Source: Candidatus Hermodarchaeota archaeon (GTDB lineage: Archaea > Asgardarchaeota > Hermodarchaeia > Hermodarchaeales > Hermodarchaeaceae). Taken from it: a stretch of DNA of 62,036 bases. The translations under genes and the position numbers were made by a program. The number at the start of each line of letters is the position of its first letter. The first letter of the stretch is position 1. The notes beneath the pieces were generated by a model. The model saw only the letters and a program-made list of their open reading frames with translations. It ran no database searches and was not told the origin of the DNA. This document shows, piece by piece, positions 9,688-19,151 of this stretch. The stretch lies in assembly GCA_016840135.1 (NCBI GenBank), contig JAEOSX010000188.1, forward strand, positions 1-62,036, given 5' to 3'.

Positions 9688-10519
9688 CATCTTATCTGGA
9701 CGAAAAGTAGCAAGGGCAATCCGAAAGGAGATAAAGCAACAAGTTTTGTTACTGGAAAAGCCACCTACTCTGGCAATAATACAAGTAGGGGAAGATGATG
9801 CTTCACAAGTATATGTGAAAATGAAGCAGAGGGCTTGTCGCAAGGTGGGAATTCAATCAGCTGAATACAAGCTACCTTCAAATACGCAACAGGATGCTCT
9901 CTTATCTAAAATTCAAGAGTTAAACCAAAATACAGAAATCAATGGTATAATTGTGCAATTACCACTACCTCCTTCATTAAACACAATCGCTGTCATAGAG
10001 GCAGTTAATCCATTCAAAGACGTTGACGGATTACACCCACTAAATCAAGGGCGATTACTAACAGGTGGCTCTCTCATTCCATGTACCCCCCTCGCAGTAC
10101 TCCGGGTTCTTGATTTCTACGAAATACCTCTAGCGGGCAAGAATGCTGTCATAATAAATCGGAGTCGGTTAGTGGGTCGCCCGTTAGCTCAGCTCTTGCT
10201 AAATAGAGATGCAACTGTAACTATCTGTCACTCAAAAACCCAAGATCTGACTGATATAACCCAGCGGGCTGATCTTCTCATCAGTGCTGTCGGTCGCCGT
10301 CCCAAGTTCACCCTCACAGGAGATATGGTAAAAGAAGGAGCTACACTCGTTGATGTAGGTCTAAGTCGAATCGAAGGGAAAGTGGTTGGTGATGTTGACG
10401 CTGCTTCTGTTGAGGGACGAGCCGCGCATCTTACTCCAGTCCCAAGAGGAGTAGGTCCTGTAACCGTTGCCACGGTTTTACAGAATGTGCTAACAGCAAT
10501 GAAACTTCAGTGTGAATAA
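9680..10519 (+). CDS. folD: bifunctional methylene-THF dehydrogenase / methenyl-THF cyclohydrolase
   Basis: LAIIQVGEDDASQVYVKMKQRAC, GIIVQLPLP, VIINRSRLVGRPLAQLL and PVPRGVGPVTVA are FolD hallmarks. It overlaps purN by 8 nt. Confidence 0.9.
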   Translation: MTSILSGRKVARAIRKEIKQQVLLLEKPPTLAIIQVGEDDASQVYVKMKQRACRKVGIQSAEYKLPSNTQQDALLSKIQELNQNTEINGIIVQLPLPPSLNTIAVIEAVNPFKDVDGLHPLNQGRLLTGGSLIPCTPLAVLRVLDFYEIPLAGKNAVIINRSRLVGRPLAQLLLNRDATVTICHSKTQDLTDITQRADLLISAVGRRPKFTLTGDMVKEGATLVDVGLSRIEGKVVGDVDAASVEGRAAHLTPVPRGVGPVTVATVLQNVLTAMKLQCE

Positions 10520-10521
10520 CA

Positions 10522-11118
10522 TTGAGAAGGAAAAACGAGATCAGGCAAGAAGTCCTTCAGAAGAGGAATGGGCTTCGGTATGAGGAGATTGAGATAAAAA
10601 GCGAGCAAGTCGGTACCAGTCTTTTCTCGCTGCCAGAGTTTAATCAGGCTGAGGTTATTCTCTTTTACGTTGCCAAAGGAAGCGAAGTAGCCACTCTCCC
10701 TATAATCGAATCTGTGATAGGATTGAAGCGAGTATTTGTACCTATTTCAGTAAGAAGGAGGCGAAAGCTCGTTTATTCTGAAATTTATTCGATTGACGAA
10801 TTAGAGCCTGGAGCTTATGGTATACTTCGACCTCGCCGTGATAGTCGGCGAATTCTCTCTCTTGAACAGCTCGCTTCAGAGGCGGGTTTAGTAATAGTTC
10901 CTGGTGTGGTTTTTGATGAAAAGGGCTTCCGTACAGGATACGGAGCAGGGTTTTATGATAGATTCCTCACCGCTATTAGATACAATCACGCTAGTTCGGC
11001 TCTATTCGTAGCCCTTGCATTTGAGCTTCAAATCGTTGAGGATACCTACCCTGAAAAACATGATGTACCTGTTGATATGATTATTACTGAAAAGCGGATT
11101 ATCAATTGCAGGAGATGA
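10522..11118 (+). CDS. 5-formyltetrahydrofolate cyclo-ligase
   Basis: About 195 aa with RKNEIRQEVLQKR..., VPGVVFDEKGFRTGYGAGFYDRFL and HDVPVDMIITE, the MTHFS family pattern. Confidence 0.8.
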   Translation: MRRKNEIRQEVLQKRNGLRYEEIEIKSEQVGTSLFSLPEFNQAEVILFYVAKGSEVATLPIIESVIGLKRVFVPISVRRRRKLVYSEIYSIDELEPGAYGILRPRRDSRRILSLEQLASEAGLVIVPGVVFDEKGFRTGYGAGFYDRFLTAIRYNHASSALFVALAFELQIVEDTYPEKHDVPVDMIITEKRIINCRR

Positions 11119-11122
11119 ATTA

Positions 11123-12508
11123 ATGACTGAAATCTGTATTCTGGCAGGAAGTAAAAGCGACCAAGAAATTGTTGACAAAGTCTTGACAGTTTTGAAGGAA
11201 CACGGAATCGATTACACATTTCATGTGGCCTCTGCTCACCGCGAACCTCAACGGGTCACTGAAATTGTAAACAAGTCTGATGCTAAAGTTTTCATTTGCG
11301 TTGCTGGGCTAAGTGCTGCGCTACCTGGTTTTATCGCGTCCTTAACCAGTAAACCAGTTATCGGCGTTCCAGTATCTGCAAAACTTGGTGGACTAGATGC
11401 TCTGCTCTCTATAACGCAAATGCCACGTGGTGTTCCTGTCGCCGCCGTTGGAATCGATAATGGCGCCAATGCTGCTCATCTCGCCCTCCGTGTTCTCGGA
11501 GTGCCTCCATCGCAAGCTGTGGATACCTATGCCAAGGCTGGCGTCGATCTTGTGCATGAGGGAAAAATCATTGAGATTCTAGGAAAGTACACAAAGCAGT
11601 CCTTTTCCTTCGGAAAAGTTCTAGCAGAATTCGGACACTATGCAAACCTAGTCGAGTTCGGAGACTATGCACTCGCCCTCGCAACAGATGGTGTTGGCTC
11701 CAAGGTTCTTCTCGCAACTAAGGTTGGAAAGTATGACACTATAGGCATTGACTGCGTTGCAATGAATGTAAACGATATTATCTGTCTTGGCGCAAAACCA
11801 ATCGGATTTGTTGATTATCTAGCCTATGAACGATTAACTCTAGATGCAGTAGAGGGTATTGCCCAAGGGTTGCTTGAAGGCGCCCGTCAAGCAAACACTC
11901 CAATACTCGGTGGGGAAACAGCAACACTTCCTGACCTAGTAAAGGGTTTTGATTTAGCTGGAACAGCTCTTGGTGTTGTACGTAAGGATAAGGTGATAAC
12001 AGGACAGGGTCTCGCAGTCGGTGACGTTTTGTTTGGACTCCCATCCAGTGGTATTCACTCCAATGGACTTACTCTTGCACGAAAAGTGGCCAAGCTCGAT
12101 GATATACTTCCTGACAATACTCCAGTTTCAGAAGCACTTCTCATACCTACGCGAATATACGTAAAGGAGATTATGCAGTTAATAGAGGAAGTGCCTGTAA
12201 AAGGTCTAGCTCATATAACTGGCGGAGGTATCCGTAAACTGAAGCAGCTCAACCCGAAAGTAGGCTACAAGTTAGATAACTGGCCAGACATTCCTCCAAT
12301 TTTTGCATACCTTCAAGAACGAGGAAATATCGCCAATCAAGAGATGTTCAAGACATTCAATATGGGAGTTGGGTTTGTAATAGCTGTTTCAAAGAACCAA
12401 ACGAAGGCAGTTCAGACGGTTCTGCCAGAAGCAATTCCACTTGGGGCTGTTACGTCAAGACGAGCAATCACCATTGAAAAATTCGACGTGAAGTACAAAC
12501 TAAGCTAG
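11123..12508 (+). CDS. purEM: PurE-PurM fusion: (N5-)CAIR mutase domain fused to AIR synthetase
   Basis: Residues 1-~130 are PurE-like (ILAGSKSDQEIV, ASAHREP, VIGVPV, GVPVAAVGI). From ~135 on the sequence is PurM-like (YAKAGVDL, ATDGVGSKV, LGGETA, AHITGGG). It is a single uninterrupted ORF. Confidence 0.9.
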   Translation: MTEICILAGSKSDQEIVDKVLTVLKEHGIDYTFHVASAHREPQRVTEIVNKSDAKVFICVAGLSAALPGFIASLTSKPVIGVPVSAKLGGLDALLSITQMPRGVPVAAVGIDNGANAAHLALRVLGVPPSQAVDTYAKAGVDLVHEGKIIEILGKYTKQSFSFGKVLAEFGHYANLVEFGDYALALATDGVGSKVLLATKVGKYDTIGIDCVAMNVNDIICLGAKPIGFVDYLAYERLTLDAVEGIAQGLLEGARQANTPILGGETATLPDLVKGFDLAGTALGVVRKDKVITGQGLAVGDVLFGLPSSGIHSNGLTLARKVAKLDDILPDNTPVSEALLIPTRIYVKEIMQLIEEVPVKGLAHITGGGIRKLKQLNPKVGYKLDNWPDIPPIFAYLQERGNIANQEMFKTFNMGVGFVIAVSKNQTKAVQTVLPEAIPLGAVTSRRAITIEKFDVKYKLS

Positions 12509-12520
12509 TGAAGAATAGTA

Positions 12521-13828
12521 TTGGAGATGAAAAATATGGTTGACAAGGTCTTACTAATAGGACATGGTTCACGTGAACACGCAATCGCTAAAGCCTTAGT
12601 GAAAGGCAGCGCCGAATTATACAGTCTTATGGCCCACAAGAACCCAGGCATTGCAAAGCTTTCAAAGAGTATAACACTTTCAAAGCTATCAGATTTTGAG
12701 CGCCTCAAAGAACTAACACCCAAACTGGATTTTGCTGTCGTAGGACCGGAGGCGCCCTTGGCCAAAGGGATAAGCAATTTTCTTGCAGATCAGGGTGTAC
12801 CCTGCGTCGGGCCAAAAACCCAAGGTGCTCAACTAGAATCAAGTAAAAGCTTCGCTAGGCAACTACTTGAAAAACACAGAATAAACGCAAATCCGTTGTT
12901 TAGGGTTTTCACCAGTATGGACGGAATTGAAGAATACTTAAACGAGGTTCAACGATTCGTTGTGAAACCTGACGGCCTCACAGGCGGGAAAGGCGTCAAG
13001 GTCTTTGGGGAACATCTCCAGACTACAAACGATGCACTCCTTTACTGTCAACAAATTCTCAATGAACATAAACAGGTCATAATCGAAGAGTGTCTTGAGG
13101 GGGAAGAATTTACTCTTCAGACATTCGTTGATGGTAAGCGAGTTATCCCAATGCCGCTCGTACAAGACCATAAACGTGCCTACGAAGGAGATACTGGACC
13201 AAACACTGGTGGTATGGGATCTTATAGCTGTGAAGACCATTCTCTTCCTTTCGTTGGTGAAGGAATTGTGGAGAAGGCGATTCAGGTGATGCAGCAGACT
13301 GTTGCAGCACTTAAACGCGAGACAGGAGATACCTACAAGGGCTTTCTTTATGGTCAATTCATGCTCACTAAACAAGGACCCAAAATAATCGAATACAATG
13401 TTCGGCTAGGAGACCCAGAGGCAATGAATGTCCTCCCCCTACTTCAAGACAATTTTGTAGAGATATGCTGGGACATCATCAATGGCACACTAAAAGAAGT
13501 CAGTTTCGAGGAAAAGGCAACTGTGTGTTCTTATCTAGTTCCTGAAGGGTATCCATCATCACCAAAACACGGCGAGCCAATCATAATCGGAGATGTCAAG
13601 ACTGAATTATTCTATGGCAGTGTTCACCAAGAGAACGGTAGAATTCTAACTACCTCTTCACGAAGTATCGCCCTTCTTGGTGTAGGGAACAATCTCCAAG
13701 AAGCGCACGAACAGGTAGTCGAGTCACTTGATAGAATTCAAGGTAAATTATTCTTTCGACGGGACATTGGCACCCAAGAGCTAGTTACTCGCCGGATTCG
13801 GCATATGCGGAGGATTCTCCAAGCTTGA
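12521..13828 (+). CDS. purD: phosphoribosylamine-glycine ligase (GAR synthetase)
   Basis: KVLLIGHGSREHAIAKAL, VVGPEAPLAKGI, ATP-grasp core and GPNTGGMGSY. ATG codons at 12527 and 12536 are alternative starts. Confidence 0.9.
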   Translation: MEMKNMVDKVLLIGHGSREHAIAKALVKGSAELYSLMAHKNPGIAKLSKSITLSKLSDFERLKELTPKLDFAVVGPEAPLAKGISNFLADQGVPCVGPKTQGAQLESSKSFARQLLEKHRINANPLFRVFTSMDGIEEYLNEVQRFVVKPDGLTGGKGVKVFGEHLQTTNDALLYCQQILNEHKQVIIEECLEGEEFTLQTFVDGKRVIPMPLVQDHKRAYEGDTGPNTGGMGSYSCEDHSLPFVGEGIVEKAIQVMQQTVAALKRETGDTYKGFLYGQFMLTKQGPKIIEYNVRLGDPEAMNVLPLLQDNFVEICWDIINGTLKEVSFEEKATVCSYLVPEGYPSSPKHGEPIIIGDVKTELFYGSVHQENGRILTTSSRSIALLGVGNNLQEAHEQVVESLDRIQGKLFFRRDIGTQELVTRRIRHMRRILQA

Positions 13829-14532
13829 GACATGTGGATGAAATAGCAAAGCGATTGAGTGCAATAGAAATTCTCTCTTCCCTGAAGCGAAGTAGAAAGT
13901 ACGCTGAACTAGAGGAAATCTTCAGCCTCCCGACGTCTGTCCTATGTCGCTATGTTACCCGTCGTGTTCTTCCTTCCATAGACCGAGCTGAACATATCAT
14001 TCGGCTTTTCAAAGAACGGTTTCTTATCGAGGAAGTCACTCAGCGCATAACAATTCATGATGGGTTTACCAAAATGGTAGACATTCTTTATGATACACAA
14101 CTACTCAAGTTGATTGCAGCAGTTGTGCGAGACGAATTCTCTGATGTTGATGTCACCAAAGTTCTCACGATAGAAGTAAATGGAGTCCCTATTGCCACAC
14201 AAATTGCTAATGAGTTTGGAGCCGCTGCTTTATTTGTTAAAAGGACAAAATCCATCGGTGTGACTGATTTTATCGAGGAGAAGCTAATCCGTGATTCCGC
14301 CCAAATAGAAAGTCTATACTTGCCTAGGTACAGCATCAAGCCTAGTGATAAAGTACTTCTTGTAGATGACATTATTCGTTCCGGAAGGACGCAATTGAGT
14401 TTGGCAGAGATAGTCTCTCACGGTAGTGCAAGAGTCGTGGGAGTATTCGCTGTTCTCTCGCACAAACAGGGTCGTGTAAATGTGGAGCAAACCCTAAAAT
14501 GCCCAGTAAAATCTCTCATCGAATTACGCTAA
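13825..14532 (+). CDS. winged-HTH + type I phosphoribosyltransferase-domain protein (PurR-like regulator candidate)
   Basis: The N-terminal ~70 aa look wHTH-like (ILSSLKRSRKYAELEEIFSLPTSVLCRYV). The C-terminal PRT fold carries the PRPP-loop motif KVLLVDDIIRSGRT. It sits inside the pur operon. Confidence 0.6.
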   Translation: MRHVDEIAKRLSAIEILSSLKRSRKYAELEEIFSLPTSVLCRYVTRRVLPSIDRAEHIIRLFKERFLIEEVTQRITIHDGFTKMVDILYDTQLLKLIAAVVRDEFSDVDVTKVLTIEVNGVPIATQIANEFGAAALFVKRTKSIGVTDFIEEKLIRDSAQIESLYLPRYSIKPSDKVLLVDDIIRSGRTQLSLAEIVSHGSARVVGVFAVLSHKQGRVNVEQTLKCPVKSLIELR

Positions 14533-14545
14533 AAGTGCCATATCA

Positions 14546-15925
14546 ATGGAGGCTAGTAAGATGATTCATCCTACAGACTATAGATACAAAGTAGACGAAT
14601 TAGAGGAATATCTCTCTCCTGCCGCATTACTCCGGTATATGCTACGTGTTGAATGCGCCTATATTAACGCGTTATCAAAGCAGGGTGTTTGTGCTTCTAA
14701 ATTCGTTAAAGAATATGAGAAAGCAGCATCGAAAGTAACTTTTGAGCGAGTCCAGCAATTGGAAGTCGAACTAAAACATGATATCAAGGCAATAGTCGAA
14801 GCATTAAAGGAACAAGTTTCTCCCGAAGCTAGACCTTTCTGTCACCTCGGGCTAACATCCTATGATACGGTGGTTAATGCTCACGCAATGGTCCTGAAGG
14901 ATGTTACTGTGAAACTGGTATTACCTGCACTGGCTGAAGCGCTGGAGCAACTCATCCGAATAGCTTTGCAATACAAGTCAACAGTTCAGATGGGGCGAAC
15001 CCATGGACAGCATGCAGAACCAACCACGTTCGGGTATTCAATGGCAAATTATGTTGAGCGATTAGGAATGGGAATTTGGCGTATCAAGCTGGCTGCAGAG
15101 ACTTTTGGAGGTAAAATTGGAGGCGCCGTCGGAACTCGAGCTAGCCTTGGATTATTAGCAAATGCAGAAAAAATAGAGGCGGAAACACTCAAGCTGCTGA
15201 ACCTAACACAGATTAATGCGCCAACTCAGATTACAAATCAAGAAGAGCTGGCTAATTATTACAGTCAACTCCTCCTCAGCTTTGGCACCCTAGCAGATCT
15301 CGCTAATGACTTTCGTCAACTTCAACGCACTGAAATCGCAGAAGTCTCTGAGGGAACAACTGAGCGCCAAGTTGGCTCATCAACAATGCCTCAGAAGCGT
15401 AACCCTATTGGTTGGGAAAACATCATTTCCCACTACAAAGCAGCACTCCCTCGTATCATTACTAGCTATCTCAATCTAATATCAGAACATCAACGTGATC
15501 TAACAGACTCTGCAGCCAACCGCTACCTCTTTGCGGAAATTCTCAACTCCTTTCTCTACTCTGTTCGGCGCTGTTCCTCTATGCTACAGAAATTAGAGAT
15601 AGATGTAAAGCGTATGCGTATAAACTTTCAAGTGAATGCAACCTTCGAACTCGCTGAGCCCGCCTATATCCTCCTTGCACGAAGCGGCATTGCTAATGCC
15701 CATGAAGTTATCAAGCGAATAGCTCGGCAAGCTCACCAAGACGGAGTGCCATTTAAAGAAGTGCTTCTTTCAAACGAAACATTTAGAAGGTGCTTCAGAA
15801 GCCTTCCAAGTGAACATAAGCTGTTATTTGAGGACTCTTCAAAGTATATAGGTCGAGCAGTACTGGCAACAGAAGCTGTGTGCCGTTATTGGAAGCGGAA
15901 ACTAAAAGATTTCAAAGCTACATGA
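14546..15925 (+). CDS. purB: adenylosuccinate lyase
   Basis: Fumarate-lyase superfamily signature GSSTMPQKRNP, plus MGRTHGQHAEPTTFG. Confidence 0.9.
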   Translation: MEASKMIHPTDYRYKVDELEEYLSPAALLRYMLRVECAYINALSKQGVCASKFVKEYEKAASKVTFERVQQLEVELKHDIKAIVEALKEQVSPEARPFCHLGLTSYDTVVNAHAMVLKDVTVKLVLPALAEALEQLIRIALQYKSTVQMGRTHGQHAEPTTFGYSMANYVERLGMGIWRIKLAAETFGGKIGGAVGTRASLGLLANAEKIEAETLKLLNLTQINAPTQITNQEELANYYSQLLLSFGTLADLANDFRQLQRTEIAEVSEGTTERQVGSSTMPQKRNPIGWENIISHYKAALPRIITSYLNLISEHQRDLTDSAANRYLFAEILNSFLYSVRRCSSMLQKLEIDVKRMRINFQVNATFELAEPAYILLARSGIANAHEVIKRIARQAHQDGVPFKEVLLSNETFRRCFRSLPSEHKLLFEDSSKYIGRAVLATEAVCRYWKRKLKDFKAT

Positions 15926-15989
15926 GAAATACTGTTCCAACCTTACTGAATACTTCCTCTGATTAATCTGACAATAGGATTGATTGTTC

Positions 15990-17249
15990 ATGCCGGCTGT
16001 GATAGTCGTTGGTACTCAATGGGGTGATGAGGGAAAGGGCAAGATAGTTGACTACTGCTCAAAACACGCTGATTTTGTAATCCGTTATCAGGGCGGTACG
16101 AATGCAGGACATACTATTGTATTAGGTGAAAAAGTATTCAAACTTCGGCTTGTCCCCTCGGGCGTGTTCTACGGAAATAGGGTGCTCATCGGGTCGGGAG
16201 TCGTTATAGACCCAGAGGTCCTGCTAAAGGAAATTGATGATCTCACTTCAAATGGTGTTGATGTGAGTCTTGTTGTGAGTGGAAAAGCCCATGTTATTCT
16301 GCCATATCATCCAATTCTTGATGGAAGCTGGGAAAAGACCCGAGGGAAAGGCGAGATCGATACAACCAAGCGTGGGATCGGTCCAACCTATACTGATAAG
16401 ATAGCACGACGTGGTATTCGCGTGTTCGACCTCGTTAACAAAACTTACGAAGAAAGAGTACGATGGAATGTCAGACTAGCCAATAGAATCCTTCAATATG
16501 TTTTGCAGGTTGGTCACAAGCTGGATGTAAAGGAAATTCTCCAGCAGTGCTCTAATTGGAGCGATCGTCTTCTGGGCTATGTAGGTAATGTTAGTGAGGT
16601 TATCAATAGTGCTTTACAAGAAAAGCAGAACGTCTTATTTGAAGGAGCTCAAGCGACATTTCTTGACATTGATCATGGAACATATCCCTATGTGACATCT
16701 TCTAACCCAATTGCTGGGGGGGCTTGTGTCGGCGCGGGAGTTGGTCCGACGAGAATTGACAAAGTATTGGGCGTCTGCAAAGCATACACAACTCGTGTCG
16801 GAAAAGGTCCTTTTCCAACTGAACTTGACGATGATGTAGGTTTTCATTTACGTGAAACAGGCCGAGAATTCGGTACAGTTACTGGGAGACCCCGTAGATG
16901 CGGGTGGCTAGACCTGAACATGATTCGATACGCAAGTATGATAAATGGTTTAACCAGTCTTGCGCTCACCAAGTTAGATGTCCTCAATGGTTTAGAGCAC
17001 TTGAAGATTTGTGTGGGTTATCGTTGGCGAGGCTTAGATACAACCAGCTTACCAATCCACGATATGGGCTCCTGCGAACCAATCTACATCGAGCTTGAAG
17101 GTTGGGAAACTCTCCTTCACGGTGACAAGCTCTGTTCAGAGGCGAAAGCATATATTGCCAAAATAGAAGAGGAGACGGGGCTCTCAGTTGATTATATCTC
17201 AACGGGTCCTAAACGAGTTGATACTATTTGCCGAAGAAGCGTGTGGTAA
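15990..17249 (+). CDS. purA: adenylosuccinate synthetase
   Basis: MPAVIVVGTQWGDEGKGKIVD, GGTNAGHT, GIGPTY and TVTGRPRRCGWLD. The ORF track begins at a TTG at 15984. Confidence 0.95.
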   Translation: MPAVIVVGTQWGDEGKGKIVDYCSKHADFVIRYQGGTNAGHTIVLGEKVFKLRLVPSGVFYGNRVLIGSGVVIDPEVLLKEIDDLTSNGVDVSLVVSGKAHVILPYHPILDGSWEKTRGKGEIDTTKRGIGPTYTDKIARRGIRVFDLVNKTYEERVRWNVRLANRILQYVLQVGHKLDVKEILQQCSNWSDRLLGYVGNVSEVINSALQEKQNVLFEGAQATFLDIDHGTYPYVTSSNPIAGGACVGAGVGPTRIDKVLGVCKAYTTRVGKGPFPTELDDDVGFHLRETGREFGTVTGRPRRCGWLDLNMIRYASMINGLTSLALTKLDVLNGLEHLKICVGYRWRGLDTTSLPIHDMGSCEPIYIELEGWETLLHGDKLCSEAKAYIAKIEEETGLSVDYISTGPKRVDTICRRSVW

Positions 17250-18586
17250 TAGTTGGAGGTGGACCTGCTGGGCTTTTCGCTGCCTATAAGCTAGCAAGCA
17301 GTGCGAAAGTTACAGTTCTAGATGTTGGCAGGATGCCCGACAAGCGTACATGTCCCTCTCAGCAAACTGCTTTCTGCACAAAGTGTAACCCTTGTAATTT
17401 AACTAGCGGATTCGGTGGTGCAGGACTCCTCTCCTCAGGACTCCTCAATCTCTCCACTGAAATTGGTTTTCCTGAAGTCACGCTTGATGCCATTGAACAC
17501 GACAGAACACGTCAACTCATAGAAGAAGTCGATCAAATATTCTTGAAGTTCGGTGCTCCGTCGGAAGCCTTTACTCCCGATGAACGTTTTAGAATCTGGG
17601 AGCGAAGGGCTGCTGAAGCTGGGTTAAAATTTGTCACTGCAAAGCAGCGTTTAATCGGAACAGACAAATCGAAACCGATAATCATCGCGCTCATGGAACA
17701 TCTTAGGAAGCACAAGGTGAAACTGCAGTCTGGTATCAAGGTGGAAACCGTCAAGCCTGGTTACCTCACAACAAACAAAGGGCGCTTCGAGTTTGATAAA
17801 TGCCTTCTTGCTCCAGGACGCTCTGGAATGATGTGGCTAGCAAATATTATGGGTCAGATGAATATCCAAACACGTCATGCCCCAGTCGATTTAGGTGTGC
17901 GTGTTGAAGTACCAGCGACATTAATGGAGAGCCTTTGCTCAATCCAGAGGGATCCAAAGATACTCATCCACACTCGAAATTATGATGATTTAGTACGCAC
18001 TTTTTGTGTTAATCATAATGGATTTGTAGTTCGCGAGCAGTACGAAACACATGCTTGCGTGAATGGGCACTCCTTCTCCAATACTCAGTCTGGTAACACC
18101 AATTTCGCCTTTTTAGTGCGGGTTCAACTTACCGAACCTGTTGAAGATACAACTCGTTATGCCGAATCTATTGCTCAACAAGTTACTCTCTTGGGTGGAG
18201 GCAAACCTATCATTCAGCGTTTAGCTGATCTAGAGAATCACCGGCGCTCAACTCATGAGCGAATTGCTAGTGCGAATATTCAGCCTACTCTAAAAGATGT
18301 AACTCCTGGAGATATCTCTATGGCCTTTCCCAAACGGCTCATTGACAACATCCTTGAGGGTCTTCAGACTTTGAATAAGATGATTCCAGGAATCTACTCT
18401 GGGACTACTCTTCTTTATGCTCCAGAAGTGAAGTATAGTGCTATGACAGTTGAAACTAACCGTCACTTTGAGACACCGATCGAAGGGTTATACGTTGCAG
18501 GGGACGGTGCGGGCCTCAGTCGAGGAATCATTCCTGCTGCAGTAACAGGGTTATGGGTCGCTGAACATATCCTCCTAAAATTATAA
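17228..18586 (+). CDS. FAD-dependent oxidoreductase (COG2509-like, function unknown)
   Basis: Rossmann dinucleotide motif VVIVGGGPAGLFAA at the N-terminus and a C-terminal YVAGDGAGLSRGI. It overlaps the purA 3' end by 22 nt. Confidence 0.6.
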   Translation: MPKKRVVIVGGGPAGLFAAYKLASSAKVTVLDVGRMPDKRTCPSQQTAFCTKCNPCNLTSGFGGAGLLSSGLLNLSTEIGFPEVTLDAIEHDRTRQLIEEVDQIFLKFGAPSEAFTPDERFRIWERRAAEAGLKFVTAKQRLIGTDKSKPIIIALMEHLRKHKVKLQSGIKVETVKPGYLTTNKGRFEFDKCLLAPGRSGMMWLANIMGQMNIQTRHAPVDLGVRVEVPATLMESLCSIQRDPKILIHTRNYDDLVRTFCVNHNGFVVREQYETHACVNGHSFSNTQSGNTNFAFLVRVQLTEPVEDTTRYAESIAQQVTLLGGGKPIIQRLADLENHRRSTHERIASANIQPTLKDVTPGDISMAFPKRLIDNILEGLQTLNKMIPGIYSGTTLLYAPEVKYSAMTVETNRHFETPIEGLYVAGDGAGLSRGIIPAAVTGLWVAEHILLKL

Positions 18587-18658
18587 CATAGTAGTTAGTA
18601 CCCAAGATTTTGCCGGAAACGGAAAGGTTCTTTTACATGAAGCAGTGCTGCTCAAATT

Positions 18659-19150
18659 GTGAGTTCTACTAATCCTCAAGCTAAGCTAGGGCTTGTACTA
18701 TGTTGTAGTCTTTCAATCTATGCGATACTAATCTTCATCTTCTTATCCTTCTTCACTATGTTACAGGCTTTCTTCAGTATAGGTGTCCTTGTTGTACTTT
18801 TACTCGTTTTCCTATTGCCTGCAAGTTATGTTTATTGGCAGAATCACATTGATGTACGTCTAATCGGTCCTGAACCAGCTGTCGCCGAACCTGGTGAGGA
18901 ACTCGCTCTAACAGTGGTCACCGGTCTTCCAAAGGGTGCACCCTTGAAAGGTGTTCTTCTCGAAGTCTACTTCGGGTCTCAAACAATTGCCGTGAAAAAA
19001 ATAGAAAGCAGTCCTTTCGAGTTAACTCTAGAAGTACCACATTTACGTCCAGGATATCACAAGGTGAATGTTCGAGCTCGGAAACTAGGGTATTTCGACG
19101 GAAATAGTGATTATGAATTACTAGTCGCACAAGGTGAAAAAACAGGCTAG
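18659..19150 (+). CDS. hypothetical membrane protein (2 TM + beta-rich C-terminal domain)
   Basis: Two strongly hydrophobic segments followed by a ~100-aa soluble domain. No recognisable motif. Confidence 0.4.
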   Translation: MSSTNPQAKLGLVLCCSLSIYAILIFIFLSFFTMLQAFFSIGVLVVLLLVFLLPASYVYWQNHIDVRLIGPEPAVAEPGEELALTVVTGLPKGAPLKGVLLEVYFGSQTIAVKKIESSPFELTLEVPHLRPGYHKVNVRARKLGYFDGNSDYELLVAQGEKTG

Positions 19151-19151
19151 G

